Source: an uncultured delta proteobacterium (GTDB lineage Bacteria > Myxococcota_A > UBA9160 > JAFDET01). Taken from it: 64,000 nt of DNA. Shown piece by piece: positions 18,440 through 28,566 of the stretch. Under the pieces are notes generated by a model that saw only the letters and a program-made list of their open reading frames with translations, did not search any database and was not told where the DNA came from. Position numbers and translations under genes: made by a program. The stretch covers positions 15,589 to 79,588 of the forward strand of contig CAMYLJ010000012.1 of NCBI GenBank assembly GCA_947259215.1, given 5' to 3'. Position 1 is the first letter of the stretch, and each line of letters opens with the position of its first letter.

Positions 18440-19872
18440 CCCTCCAGTCTGCGGGCCAGGATCTCGCGCACCAGGCCGGGGCTGGCCTTGCCCCCGGTGC
18501 GCCGCATGACCTGACCCATCAGGAAGTTCAGCACCTTTGCCTCGCCGGCGCGGAACCGCTCCACGTCGTCCGGGTGCGCCGCCAGCACCTCGTCCACGGC
18601 CGCCTCCAGGGCCCCGGTGTCGGACACCGCCTCCAGGCCTCGCTCGCCGACCAGGGACTCGGGGTCGCCCCCTTCGTCCATCAGCACGCCCAGCACCTCG
18701 CGGGCGCTCCTGGGTGTGACGCGTCCGGAGTCCACCAGCTTCAACAGGGCCGACAGGGCCGGGGCCGTGAGGGCGGTCTCCTCCAGGTCGCGCTCCCGCT
18801 CCTTCAGGGCCCCCCGCACGTCGCGGCCGATCCAGTTGGCGACCGTCTTGGCGTCGCCGTGGGCGCGCGTCACGGCCTCGAAGAAGTCCGCCAGGGGGCG
18901 GGTGGCCACCAGCAGGCGTGCGTCGTACTCCGACAGGCCGTGCTCCACCTCGAAGCGGGCGCGCTTCTCCGCGGGCAGCTCGGGCAGCGCGGCACGCACC
19001 TCCGCGATCCGGGCGGCGTCGAGCGCCAGGGGCACCAGGTCCGGATCCGGGAAGTAGCGGTAGTCGTCCGCATTCTCCTTCACCCGCATCACGCTGGTGG
19101 TGCGGCGCTCGGGATCGAACTGCATGGTGGCCTGGATGATCTCGCCGCCTTCCTCGAGCACCCCCGTCTGGCGCTGGATTTCGGCCTCGATCGCGGCCTC
19201 CACGTAGCGGAAGGAGTTCAGGTTCTTCACCTCGGTGCGCGTGCCGAGCACGTCGCTGCCCGTCGGGCGCAGCGACAGGTTCACGTCGCAGCGTAGCTGC
19301 CCCTTCTCCATGTCCGCATCGGAGACGTCGATGTAGCGCAGGATCCGGCGCAGGGCGCGCAGATAGGCGCTCGCCTCCGCCGCCGAACGCAGCTCCGGCT
19401 CCGAGACGATCTCGAGCAGCGGCGTCCCTGCGCGGTTCAGGTCCATGTGCGACTCGTCCTCGCGCTCCTCCTCCCCGTGGACCGACTTCCCCGCGTCCTC
19501 CTCCATGTGGATGCGCGTCAGCGGGATCCGGCGCACCTCGCCGTCCACCTCGATCTCGACCCCGCCCCCGGTGATGACGGGCTCCTCGAACTGGGAGATC
19601 TGGTAGCCCTTGGGCAGGTCCGGGTAGAAGTAATTCTTGCGCGCGAAGACCGAGCGGGAATGGACCTCGCCGCCGACCGCCAGGCCCGCACGCACCGCCA
19701 GCGCGATCGCCTCGCGGTTCGGCACGGGAAGCGCACCCGGGAGCGCCAGGCAGACAGGGCAGACCTGGTGGTTGGGCTCGCCGCCGTAGTGCACCGCACA
19801 GCCGCAGAACATCTTCGAGGCCGTCTTCATGTGGACGTGCACCTCGAGACCGATCACGGGCTCGAAGCTCAT
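18436..19872 (-). CDS. gatB: Asp-tRNA(Asn)/Glu-tRNA(Gln) amidotransferase subunit B
   Basis: [26 protein letters not shown] and a C-terminal YqeY-like tail. Confidence 0.9.
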   Translation of the reverse strand: MSFEPVIGLEVHVHMKTASKMFCGCAVHYGGEPNHQVCPVCLALPGALPVPNREAIALAVRAGLAVGGEVHSRSVFARKNYFYPDLPKGYQISQFEEPVITGGGVEIEVDGEVRRIPLTRIHMEEDAGKSVHGEEEREDESHMDLNRAGTPLLEIVSEPELRSAAEASAYLRALRRILRYIDVSDADMEKGQLRCDVNLSLRPTGSDVLGTRTEVKNLNSFRYVEAAIEAEIQRQTGVLEEGGEIIQATMQFDPERRTTSVMRVKENADDYRYFPDPDLVPLALDAARIAEVRAALPELPAEKRARFEVEHGLSEYDARLLVATRPLADFFEAVTRAHGDAKTVANWIGRDVRGALKERERDLEETALTAPALSALLKLVDSGRVTPRSAREVLGVLMDEGGDPESLVGERGLEAVSDTGALEAAVDEVLAAHPDDVERFRAGEAKVLNFLMGQVMRRTGGKASPGLVREILARRLEG

Positions 19873-21329
19873 GCGGCCTCCGGCGGACGCCGCTCGTGCC
19901 AGTCGCTGCGGCGCTGGTAGGCGTCGGCCACCCGCAAGAGGCTGGCCTCGTCGAGGGCGCGCCCCATGAGCTGGAGACCGACGGGCAGGCCGTCCACGAA
20001 GCCGCAGGGGACCGACAGGGCCGGGATTCCGGCCAGCGGAGCCGACACGGTAAAGACGTCCGAGAGGTACATGCGCAGGGGATCCGCGGCGCGCTCGCCG
20101 AGGCGGAAGGCGGTCTCCGGCGCCGTCGGCGTGGCGATCACGTCGCAGGCCGCGAAGGCCTCCTCGAAGTCCCGGCGCAGGAGCGTCCGCACCTGCTGGG
20201 CCTTCCGGTAGTACGCGTCGTAGTAGCCGGCGGAGAGCACGTAGGTCCCGAGCAGGATGCGCCGCTTCACCTCCGCGCCGAAGCCCTCGGAGCGCGTGCG
20301 ACGGTACATGTCGAGGAGGTCGCCAACGCGCTCGGCGCGGCGGCCGTAGCGCACGCCGTCGTAGCGCGCGAGGTTGCTCGAAGCCTCGGCCGTCGCGACC
20401 AGGTAGTACGTGGCCACCGCGTAGGGTGTATGCGGCAGCGACACCTCGCGGGTCTTGGCGCCCGCCTGCTCGAGCTCCGCCACCGCGGTTCGCACCGCGG
20501 CCAGCACCTCGGGATCCGCGCCGTCGCTGGCGAAGTACTCACGCGGCAGACCGATCACGAGGCCGGAGACGTCGCCCGACAGGGCGCCCGCCAGCGCGGG
20601 AGCCGGCTCCGGAATGGACGTGGCGTCGCAGGGGTCGTGGCCCGCGATCGCTTCCAGCACCAGCGTCGCGTCCTCGACCGTGCGTGCGAAGGGACCGATC
20701 TGGTCCAGGGAGGACGCGAAGGCCACGAGGCCGTAGCGCGACACGCGACCGTAGGTGGGCTTCATCCCGACGACGCCGCAGAAGGACGCCGGCTGGCGGA
20801 TCGAGCCGCCGGTGTCGCTTCCCAGCGCGGCCGGCACGACTCCCGCGGCCACCGCGACCGCCGAGCCTCCCGAGGAGCCACCCGGCGCGCACTCCGGGTC
20901 CCAGGGATTCCGCGCCGGTCCGTGCACGGAGTTCTCGGTGGAAGAGCCCATGGCGAACTCGTCCATGTTCGTGCGCCCCACCACGATCGCGCCCGCCGCG
21001 CGCAGGCGCGCCACCGCGGTGGCGTCGTAGGGCGACTTCCAGCCCTCGAGGATCCGCGACGCGCACTGCGCGGGCTCGCCCGCCTGGCACACGTTGTCCT
21101 TCAGCGCGACGGGAATCCCCTCGAGCGGCGAGCGCGCCTCGCCGCGCGCGCGCCGCGCGTCGGAGTCCTCGGCCTCGGCCAGGGCCGCCTCCTCGCGCAG
21201 GTGCGTGAAGGCGTTCAGGTCGAGCGCGCGGGCCCGCGCGCAGGCCGCGCGCACCAGCTCCACGGCCGACACGCGCCGGTCGTCGAGCGCGCCGCGGAGC
21301 TCCGCGACGCCGCCCAGGGGGTCGCTCAC
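19869..21329 (-). CDS. gatA: Asp-tRNA(Asn)/Glu-tRNA(Gln) amidotransferase subunit A
   Basis: The amidase signature [14 protein letters not shown]...[12 protein letters not shown]. Confidence 0.9.
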   Translation of the reverse strand: MSDPLGGVAELRGALDDRRVSAVELVRAACARARALDLNAFTHLREEAALAEAEDSDARRARGEARSPLEGIPVALKDNVCQAGEPAQCASRILEGWKSPYDATAVARLRAAGAIVVGRTNMDEFAMGSSTENSVHGPARNPWDPECAPGGSSGGSAVAVAAGVVPAALGSDTGGSIRQPASFCGVVGMKPTYGRVSRYGLVAFASSLDQIGPFARTVEDATLVLEAIAGHDPCDATSIPEPAPALAGALSGDVSGLVIGLPREYFASDGADPEVLAAVRTAVAELEQAGAKTREVSLPHTPYAVATYYLVATAEASSNLARYDGVRYGRRAERVGDLLDMYRRTRSEGFGAEVKRRILLGTYVLSAGYYDAYYRKAQQVRTLLRRDFEEAFAACDVIATPTAPETAFRLGERAADPLRMYLSDVFTVSAPLAGIPALSVPCGFVDGLPVGLQLMGRALDEASLLRVADAYQRRSDWHERRPPEAA

Positions 21330-21333
21330 GGGG

Positions 21334-21636
21334 CTAGCCCTCCTCGCCCTCGATCACCTTGGGCACGACGAAGGCCGTGCCTTCGGCGTGCGGCGCGCCG
21401 GCGACGGCCACCTCGGCCGCGAGCCCGGGCCGGACGCGGTCGTCCCGCAGGGGCGTCTCCAGGGGAACCGGGTTCGCCGTGGGCTCGACGTCGGAGGTGT
21501 CGAGCGCCTGGAGCGCCTCCACGTAGTCCAGGATCGTGGCCAGGTCGCCCGCCATGCGCTCGGCCTCGCCCTCCGAGAGCTCGAGACGCGCCAGCCCGGC
21601 GATGCGCTCGACCTCGTCTCGGGTGATGGCCGACAT
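21334..21636 (-). CDS. gatC: Asp-tRNA(Asn)/Glu-tRNA(Gln) amidotransferase subunit C
   Basis: 100 aa with [21 protein letters not shown] and [12 protein letters not shown]. It sits directly upstream of gatA. Confidence 0.85.
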   Translation of the reverse strand: MSAITRDEVERIAGLARLELSEGEAERMAGDLATILDYVEALQALDTSDVEPTANPVPLETPLRDDRVRPGLAAEVAVAGAPHAEGTAFVVPKVIEGEEG

Positions 21637-21704
21637 GGCGCAAACCCTAGCATCTCGGCAAGTTGCGGCCCCGGAGGGGGAGGGATAGCTTCCGCCCTTC
21701 CCCG

Positions 21705-23168
21705 ATGGACGAGTCTTCCTTCCGCGACCTTCCCGATGACATCCAGGCCGGCATCCAGGTGCTCGGCTGGTCGGAGCCGATGCCGGTGCAGGCCCGGGTG
21801 ATCCCGCTCATGCGGGGCGGCACCGACCTGATCGTCCAGGCCCAGACCGGGAGCGGCAAGACCGGTGCCTTCGGCATCCCCATCGCGATGGGCGTCGACA
21901 CCGAGCTGGCCGCGACCCAGGCCCTGGTGATGGCCCCGACCCGCGAGCTGGCGATCCAGGTCGCCCAGGAGGTGCTGCAGATCGGCAAGCCCCGAGGCGT
22001 GCGCACCCTGCCCATCTACGGCGGCGTCGGCTACGGCCCCCAGAACGAGGGCCTGAAGGAAGGCGCCCACGTCGTGGTGGGGACGCCGGGCCGGCTGCTC
22101 GACCACATGAACTCCGGGCGACTGAACCTCGACGCCCTGAAGTTCCTGGTGCTGGACGAGGCGGACGAGCTGCTCTCGCTGGGCTTCTGGCCCGACATGC
22201 GCGAGATCGAGAGCTTCATGCCCAAGAAGCGCCAGTCGTGCCTGTTCTCGGCCACGATCCCCGAGAAGGTGCGCTCGCTGTCGCGGGTCTTCCTGACGGA
22301 CCCCGAGTTCGTGTCGCTCTCCGAGGGGCAGCAAGGGCCGGCGGAGATCGAGCACTACTTCGTGGTCACCACCGCCCAGGAGAAGGACCAGAACCTGATC
22401 CGGATCATCGAGCACGAGGATCCGGAGAGCGCCATCATCTTCTGCAACACCAAGGACGACGTCCGCTACGTCACGAGCCACCTCCAACGCCACGGCTTCG
22501 ACGCCGACCAGATCCAGGGCGACCTCACCCAGGCGGCGCGCGAAGAGGTGATGGGCCGCATCAAGGCCGAGGAGCTGCGCTTCCTGGTGGCCACCGACGT
22601 GGCGGCCCGCGGCATCGACATCAGCCAGCTGACCCACGTGATCAGCTACTCGTCGCCGGACTCGCCGGAGGTCTACGTGCACCGCACCGGGCGCACCGGG
22701 CGTGCCGGCAGGGCGGGCGTGGCCATCTCGCTGGTGTCGGGACTCGACATCGGCAACTTCAAGTACCTCCAGAACGTGAACAAGATCGTGGTGAAGGAGC
22801 GCAAGCTCCCCGACGAGAAGCACCTGCGCGGGCTCCTGCGCGAGCGCCTGATGGTGAAGGTGGAGCAGGAGCTGCGCGCCATGCCCAAGGGCGAGCGCGC
22901 CTACAAGATCGACCGCTTCGTGCCCATCGCCAAGGAGATGGCCGCCTCGGAGGAGAGCCTGCGCGACCTGGCGGCGATCCTGGCCACCTACCTGCGCGAG
23001 CACCGGCGCGAGACCGGCCCCCGCGAGACGTCGGCCGAGCCCGCGCGCGAGGCGAGGGCCAGCGCGCCCGCCGAAGACCGCGACCGGCCGCGGGACGACG
23101 GCGGCCCGCGCCGGGGCGGCCGTGGGCGCGGTCGCGGACGCGGTCGCGGTCGCGGCCCCCGCTCCTAG
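21705..23168 (+). CDS. DEAD-box ATP-dependent RNA helicase with an RG-repeat tail
   Basis: Q-motif region, AQTGSGKT, PTRELA, VLDEADE (DEAD box), SAT, HRTGRTGRAG and a C-terminal GGRGRGRGRGRGRG. The ATG at 21705 is preferred over the TTG at 21663. Confidence 0.85.
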   Translation: MDESSFRDLPDDIQAGIQVLGWSEPMPVQARVIPLMRGGTDLIVQAQTGSGKTGAFGIPIAMGVDTELAATQALVMAPTRELAIQVAQEVLQIGKPRGVRTLPIYGGVGYGPQNEGLKEGAHVVVGTPGRLLDHMNSGRLNLDALKFLVLDEADELLSLGFWPDMREIESFMPKKRQSCLFSATIPEKVRSLSRVFLTDPEFVSLSEGQQGPAEIEHYFVVTTAQEKDQNLIRIIEHEDPESAIIFCNTKDDVRYVTSHLQRHGFDADQIQGDLTQAAREEVMGRIKAEELRFLVATDVAARGIDISQLTHVISYSSPDSPEVYVHRTGRTGRAGRAGVAISLVSGLDIGNFKYLQNVNKIVVKERKLPDEKHLRGLLRERLMVKVEQELRAMPKGERAYKIDRFVPIAKEMAASEESLRDLAAILATYLREHRRETGPRETSAEPAREARASAPAEDRDRPRDDGGPRRGGRGRGRGRGRGRGPRS

Positions 23169-23173
23169 GGCCG

Positions 23174-23743
23174 GTGCGCATCACCGTCTACTGCGGCTCG
23201 AGCCGGAGCTCCGGCGAGCCCTACCTCTCTGCGGCGCGCGCCCTGGGTGACGAGATCGCCCGCCGCGGCCACGTGCTCGTCTACGGCGGCGCCAAGATCG
23301 GCCTGATGGGCGCCGTGGCGGACGCGGCGCTCGCGGCCGGCGGCCCTGTGCGCGGCGTGATCCTCCAGGACTTCATCGACCGCGGCGACGTCCACCATCC
23401 CGACGTGGAGATGGAGAGCGTCGACGACATGCGCGCCCGCAAGGCCGGGCTCGACGGCGACGCCGACGCCTTCGTGACCCTGCCCGGAGGGCTCGGCACC
23501 CTGGAGGAGCTGACCGAGATCCTCTCCTTCCGCCAGCTCGGCCTGCACCACCGGCCGGTGGTGCTGCTAAACACGGCGGACTTCTTCGCGCCGCTGCTGG
23601 CGCAGATCGAGCGCGCCATCGCCGAAGGCTTCGTGCGGCCGGAGCACCGGGAGCTGCTGGCCGTGACCGACGACCCGGCGCGAGCGGTGGCGCTCTGCGA
23701 AGCGAAGGTCGACCCGGGCGCCGCCTCGAAGTTCGGGGGCTAG
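23174..23743 (+). CDS. LOG family (TIGR00730-type) nucleotide phosphoribohydrolase
   Basis: ITVYCGSS, VYGGAKIGLMG and PGGLGTLEEL. The GTG start lies 5 nt after the helicase stop. Confidence 0.8.
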   Translation: MRITVYCGSSRSSGEPYLSAARALGDEIARRGHVLVYGGAKIGLMGAVADAALAAGGPVRGVILQDFIDRGDVHHPDVEMESVDDMRARKAGLDGDADAFVTLPGGLGTLEELTEILSFRQLGLHHRPVVLLNTADFFAPLLAQIERAIAEGFVRPEHRELLAVTDDPARAVALCEAKVDPGAASKFGG

Positions 23744-23814
23744 CTGACGGAGCCCGAAGGGCTCCGTTTGCGGCGCAGGCCGACCCAAGACTTCGTCTTG
23801 GGTCGGCCTGCTAG
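23741..23814 (+). repeat. 74-nt two-hairpin intergenic element, copy 1 (includes a terminator-like hairpin)
   Basis: TAGCTGACGGAGCCCGAAGGGCTCCGTTTGCGGCGCAGGCCGACCCAAGACTTCGTCTTGGGTCGGCCTGCTAG. Its first TAG is the LOG stop, and its last CTAG contains the stop of the convergent gene. It is nearly identical to 30572..30646. Confidence 0.9.
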
Positions 23815-24491
23815 CGGGCCCTGTCCGGAGAGACGATTCCCTCCAGGCTCGGCGGGACGACCGTCTCCCGCCCGCGCTTGTAGCGCAGCGCGCAACGCTC
23901 GCAGCCGAGTCCGATGGTCTCGCTGGCGTCCACGCCCATGCCCATGAGCCGGCTGTAGGTCACGTCGGCGAAGTTGCAGTACGGCTTCAGCTCGCGCACG
24001 TCCTGGGCGTCGTACCACTTGTTGACGGCGCACTCGTCGAAGACGAGCGACAGCTCGCCATCCGGTCCACGCTCGACCCTCCACACGAAGTCCTCGGCGT
24101 GGCGCCGCTCCTGGGAGCGCCGCGCCTGCCGCTCGAAGTAGCGGCGCATGGGGGCGGAGAGGAGCACCCGTCCGATGCCGCGCAGGACGGCGTCGGGCAG
24201 CCGCTGCAGCCAGCCGTCGAAGACCTCCTGGCACACCCGGATCGAGTCGCCGGCCTGCTTCCCGCGCGCGCTCATCGCGCGGTGCAGCGCCACGATCCAG
24301 CCGTTCAACGTCATCACGGGCTGGAAGACGTTCCGCGCGCCCCCGATGTCCGGGACCTGGGGAAGGACGCGCTCGTACTCGGCGCGGGTGGCGAAGACGA
24401 CCGCGTCCGCGAAGTCCTGGCCGTGGTGGCGGGCGAGGACCGGACCCGCGCTGCGGAGGAAGAACTCGAACGTGCGATAACGGGTCGTCAC
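23811..24491 (-). CDS. L-2-amino-thiazoline-4-carboxylic acid hydrolase-like (ATC hydrolase family) protein
   Basis: The C-terminal YCNFADVTYSRLMGMGVDASETIGLGCERCALRY resembles the ATC_hydrolase Cys pattern. A GTG start at 24491 was chosen; the longer track ORF N-terminus is Arg/Pro junk. Confidence 0.5.
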   Translation of the reverse strand: MTTRYRTFEFFLRSAGPVLARHHGQDFADAVVFATRAEYERVLPQVPDIGGARNVFQPVMTLNGWIVALHRAMSARGKQAGDSIRVCQEVFDGWLQRLPDAVLRGIGRVLLSAPMRRYFERQARRSQERRHAEDFVWRVERGPDGELSLVFDECAVNKWYDAQDVRELKPYCNFADVTYSRLMGMGVDASETIGLGCERCALRYKRGRETVVPPSLEGIVSPDRAR

Positions 24492-24658
24492 GCGCAGTCC
24501 CCCGGCCAAGCCCTCGGCCCCGTTCGGGATCGTAGCGCGGTCCGCTGGCGAGCTGGAACGCGTCCACGGACTCCGACGTTGACAGCCCCCCGTCCGGGCG
24601 CGGATCCTAGCTGGACGGCGACGGAGGGGGACGACGCGGAGCCGTGGAGGAACCCCGA

Positions 24659-26743
24659 ATGAGCGAACGCGAGGCGACCGGCACCCGGAGCCGACGGCAC
24701 GCAGCACGAGCGACCCTGGCCCTCGCCTCGCTCGCCCTCGTGCTGACCGCGCAATCGTGTCCCGAAGAGACCGGGCTTCCCTTCGAGCGGACGGAGCTGC
24801 GCGACGATTGCGAGGAGTTCAACCGGCTGCGCAACCCGTACTTCGGCGAGACGCACGCCCACACGGGCTACTCCTTCGACGCCATCGTGAACGGTACCCG
24901 GACCGAGCCGCGCGACGCCTACGCCTTCGCGCGCGGGGAGCCCCTGGGGCTCCCGCCCTTCGATGCCGCCGGCAACCCGGGACGCGTCGCGGAGCTGCGG
25001 CGCCCCCTGGACTTCGCCATCGTGACGGACCACGCCGAGACCTTCGGCGAGGTGGACATCTGCACCAACCCCGAGCTCCAGCTCCCCGGCTTCGACTCGG
25101 ACGAGTGCGAGCGCATGCGGGGCGCCATCGGCACCGCCGTGCCGAACGCCGGAGATGCTACGGGGGCGACCGCCTTCTTCGGTCTGCTCTACGGCTTCAT
25201 CCTCGACCCCCAGCACATCGAGAGCATCTGCGGCGTCGATGGGGAGGACTGCCGCCAGCGGGCGTCCCTGGTGTGGCGCGCCACCCAGGCCCAGGCCGAG
25301 GAATTCTACGACCGCAGCGCGGCGTGCAGCTTCACCACGTTCGTGGGGTACGAATGGACCGCGACACCCTACGTCGCCAATCTCCACCGCAACGTGATCT
25401 TCCGCAACGCGCGCGTACCCGACCTCCCCACCTCCTACGTGGAGGCCACGGTCGTCGAGGACCTGTGGCAGGCCCTGGAGCAGGACTGCCTCGCGGAGAT
25501 CGAGGGCTGCGACGTGCTCACGATCCCCCACAACTCGAACGTCAGCCTCGGCTGGATGTTCGCCCCCGAGTCCCGCGTGCTGCCCGACCCGCCGGCGCCG
25601 ATCTTCCCGCCGCCGCCCCCGTCGCTCCCCCTCACCGCGGAGGCCGCCGCCCAGCGCGCCGCGCTGGAGCCCCTGGTCGAAATCACGCAGCACAAGGGCG
25701 ACTCGGAGTGCGCGCCGGGCATCCTCTCGAACGACGAGCAGTGCGGGTACGAGAAGCTGAGCCGGCTCGACCTCCGGAACACGATCCCCGTCAGCCGCTT
25801 CCCTTCCCTGCCCTTCGGACCCCTCGCCTTCGTCCGCAACGCGCTGAAGGAAGGCCTGGTGCAGGAGGAGCGCCTCGGGGTGAACCCCTTCCAGCTCGGG
25901 CTGATCGGCAGCACCGACACCCACAACGGCACGCCCGGCGCCGTCCGGGAGGACGACTACACCGGGCTCGGGCACCTGGGAACCGCGGACGCCACGCCGG
26001 CCTTCCAGCTCACCCCGCTCCCGATCGGCGGCGTCGAGGCCAACCCGGGCGGCCTGGCGGTGGTCTGGGCCGAGGAGAACTCCCGCGACGCGCTGTTCGA
26101 GGCCATGCGACGCCGCGAAGTGTACGGCACCAGCGGGACGCGCCCGATCGTCCGCTTCTTCGGCGGCTTCGGCTACTCGAGCGATCTGTGCCAGCTCCCG
26201 GACTTCGTCGAGCACGCCGATCGCGACGGAGTCCCCATGGGCGGCGTCCTCACCCCCGCGGACGCCGCGGTTCCCGAGCCGGGGGGGCCCGCGGAGAAAC
26301 CCCGCTTCGCCGCCCTGGCGCTCATGGACCCGGGGGCGCCGGGCGCACCCGGAACGCCGCTGCAGCGGATCCAGATCGTGAAGGGCTGGCTCGACGCGAA
26401 CGGCGACACCCAGGAGCAGGTCTTCGACGTGGCGGGGAATCCGCTGAACGGCGCGAACGTCGACCTCGCCACCTGCGAGCCCCAGGGCTCCGGCTTCGAG
26501 CTGCTGTGCAGCGTGTGGGAAGACGCGGCCTTCGATCCCGACCAGCGCGCCTTCTACTACGCGCGCGTGCTCGAGAACCCGACCTGCCGCTGGAGCACGC
26601 GCCTGTGCAACGAGCTCCAGGTGGACTGCAGCGACCCGGCCTCGGTGCCGTCCGAGTACACGACCTGCTGCGACGGCTCCGTCCCCAAGACGATCCAGGA
26701 GCGGGCCTGGACGTCGCCGATCTGGTATCGGCCCGATGGGTAG
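24659..26743 (+). CDS. DUF3604 domain protein (secreted PHP-like metal-dependent enzyme)
   Basis: The ATG at 24659 follows a GGAGG motif. It has a signal-like ATLALASLALVLTAQSC. YFGETHAHTGYSFDA, IVTDHAE and TIPHNSN match DUF3604 as I recall it. Confidence 0.7.
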   Translation: MSEREATGTRSRRHAARATLALASLALVLTAQSCPEETGLPFERTELRDDCEEFNRLRNPYFGETHAHTGYSFDAIVNGTRTEPRDAYAFARGEPLGLPPFDAAGNPGRVAELRRPLDFAIVTDHAETFGEVDICTNPELQLPGFDSDECERMRGAIGTAVPNAGDATGATAFFGLLYGFILDPQHIESICGVDGEDCRQRASLVWRATQAQAEEFYDRSAACSFTTFVGYEWTATPYVANLHRNVIFRNARVPDLPTSYVEATVVEDLWQALEQDCLAEIEGCDVLTIPHNSNVSLGWMFAPESRVLPDPPAPIFPPPPPSLPLTAEAAAQRAALEPLVEITQHKGDSECAPGILSNDEQCGYEKLSRLDLRNTIPVSRFPSLPFGPLAFVRNALKEGLVQEERLGVNPFQLGLIGSTDTHNGTPGAVREDDYTGLGHLGTADATPAFQLTPLPIGGVEANPGGLAVVWAEENSRDALFEAMRRREVYGTSGTRPIVRFFGGFGYSSDLCQLPDFVEHADRDGVPMGGVLTPADAAVPEPGGPAEKPRFAALALMDPGAPGAPGTPLQRIQIVKGWLDANGDTQEQVFDVAGNPLNGANVDLATCEPQGSGFELLCSVWEDAAFDPDQRAFYYARVLENPTCRWSTRLCNELQVDCSDPASVPSEYTTCCDGSVPKTIQERAWTSPIWYRPDG

Positions 26744-27722
26744 TCCGCCGCGCACGCATCGCTGGCTTCGGGCGCCGGCACTCCACTTCCTGCTGATCGG
26801 TGCGGTCCTCTACGCGTTCGACCCGGCGGCCCGGATCGGCTGGGGCGAGGAGCGCGAGCCCGTGGTGATCGCGGCGGACCGCATCGAGGGCGCCCTGCGC
26901 GAGATCGAGGGTCAGACCGGCCGCGCCGCCACGCCGGGGGAGGTCTCCTTCCTGATCGACCGGCTGATCGACGAAGAGCTGCTGCTGCGCGAGGCGCGGG
27001 CACGGGGCCTCGACCGGGGCGATCGCAGCATCCGCTTCCGCCTGGCCGAGAACGTGCGCTTCCTGGGCGTCGCGGAGGACGACGACCCGGCGGCCCTCGA
27101 GCGCCTGGCCCTGGAACTCGGTCTCGACCGCAGCGACCCGGTGGTCCGGCGCATCCTGATGGAGAAGATGCGCCTGCTGACGATGACGGCTCCGCCCGAG
27201 GAGGCGCCCAGCGAGGCCGAGCTGCGGTCCTTCTTCGAGCGCACCGCCGAGACGTACCGCCAGCCGGCGCGCGTCACGCTGCAGCACGTCTTCTTCGCCG
27301 CTGGGACGCGACGCGGCTCGCTCGCGGAGGACGCAGCGCAGGCACTCGCCCAGCTCGAGTCGGCCGATGCGCCGCCGCCTGCCCAGGCTTGGCGGCTCGG
27401 CGATCCCTTCCCGCCCGGATACCGCGTCCGACTGGCCTCGCGACGCAGCCTGGAGACGCGCTTTGGCACGGACTTCGCCGAGGCCGCCCTGGCGGCGGAG
27501 CCCGGCCGCTGGACGGGCCCCGTGCGCTCGGCCTATGGGCTCCACCTGGTGCAGGTCGAGGAGCAAAGACCGTCGCACCTGCCCGCCTTCGAGAGCGTGC
27601 GCTCCACCCTGAAGGCGCGCCTCGAGGCCGAGCGCGGCAAGGCGCGCCTCCAGCAGGCGCTCCGCGAGCTCCGCGTCCGCTACGACGTGCGCGTCGAGCA
27701 CCCCGCGTGGAGAGCCGGCTGA
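26736..27722 (+). CDS. parvulin-type peptidyl-prolyl isomerase-like protein (PpiC domain) with an N-terminal TM segment
   Basis: A TM segment LHFLLIGAVLYAF and a C-terminal FGTDFAEAALAAEPGRWTGPVRSAYGLHLVQVEE rotamase-like block. It overlaps the DUF3604 gene by 8 nt. Confidence 0.6.
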   Translation: MGSPPRTHRWLRAPALHFLLIGAVLYAFDPAARIGWGEEREPVVIAADRIEGALREIEGQTGRAATPGEVSFLIDRLIDEELLLREARARGLDRGDRSIRFRLAENVRFLGVAEDDDPAALERLALELGLDRSDPVVRRILMEKMRLLTMTAPPEEAPSEAELRSFFERTAETYRQPARVTLQHVFFAAGTRRGSLAEDAAQALAQLESADAPPPAQAWRLGDPFPPGYRVRLASRRSLETRFGTDFAEAALAAEPGRWTGPVRSAYGLHLVQVEEQRPSHLPAFESVRSTLKARLEAERGKARLQQALRELRVRYDVRVEHPAWRAG

Positions 27723-27730
27723 CGACCCTC

Positions 27731-28561
27731 TCAATCCGCGAGGGCGAGCGTCTGCGGCGCGCCGCCGTCCCGGAGCAGGAGGCGTCGGCCTGCGGGCTCG
27801 AGGCGGACCGCGCGATCGGGCAGTGCGTCGGTCCAGGCCGCGCCCTCGCGCAGCGCCTTCGCGAGCGCCTCGCGCGGGCCCTGCGCTCCGCCGGCCACGA
27901 GGATCTCGCTCTCCGGAACGCGGAGGCGCTCGTCGCCGTCGATCTCCACCGCGAGCGTCGCGCCCGTCGCGTCCACCGCCACGATGGCGCCGCGCCCGCC
28001 GGCCGGCCGGCGGCAGCACCACTCGATGGCGCCCTCGGCCGCGGCGAAACGCGAGAGGCAGTCCTGCACCAGCGCGAAGCCCGGGGTCGCCGCGCCCGAC
28101 GCCGCCGGGCCGAAGCCCGAGGCCGCCACCGCCAGGCCCTCGGCATTCACGCCGGCCAGCGCCGGCGCCAGCCAGGCGCGCGTCAGCTCCAGGGCGGGGA
28201 TCCCCGCCTCGGGCTCGGAGCGGCGCACGATCCAGCCGTCCCCGGAGAGCGGCCGCAGCACGGCCGGCCCACCCGCCGCTCCCGCCGCGAGGCCGGCCAC
28301 GGGCTCGATCTCCGCCGCCGCCTCGCGCCCGAGCGCCAGGAAGAGGCCCGGGCCGGACGCCTTCGCGCCGACCGCGATGCCGCCGGTCCGCTCCGCAAGC
28401 TGCGGGTGGTGCCGCCAGAGATGCGTCTCCAGCGGCGTGCGGCCCGCCACGGCGTCCAGGAGCTGCGCCGCGCCGGCGGCGCCGCGCACGGCCTCGGCCC
28501 AGGCGCGCCCCTGGGCCACGCCCAGGTCGCGGGGAACGCCCGCGCAGGCCACCGGCTCCAC
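27731..28561 (-). CDS. hypothetical protein, possibly a degenerate C45/Ntn-hydrolase-like (acyl-CoA:6-APA acyltransferase family) protein
   Basis: A 276-aa frame with very high GC3, with a GTG start 5 nt after the larE stop. GVNAEGLAVAASGF and IVAVDATGATLAVE resemble C45 blocks, but I see no clear nucleophile Cys. Confidence 0.4.
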   Translation of the reverse strand: MEPVACAGVPRDLGVAQGRAWAEAVRGAAGAAQLLDAVAGRTPLETHLWRHHPQLAERTGGIAVGAKASGPGLFLALGREAAAEIEPVAGLAAGAAGGPAVLRPLSGDGWIVRRSEPEAGIPALELTRAWLAPALAGVNAEGLAVAASGFGPAASGAATPGFALVQDCLSRFAAAEGAIEWCCRRPAGGRGAIVAVDATGATLAVEIDGDERLRVPESEILVAGGAQGPREALAKALREGAAWTDALPDRAVRLEPAGRRLLLRDGGAPQTLALAD

Positions 28562-28566
28562 GCCGC

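Noticed and set aside
24579-24584. A perfect TTGACA in the divergent region upstream of the DUF3604 gene as a -35 element
   Set aside because: No acceptable -10 hexamer lies 16-19 nt downstream (GGATCC / ATCCTA), so a promoter call is not supportable.
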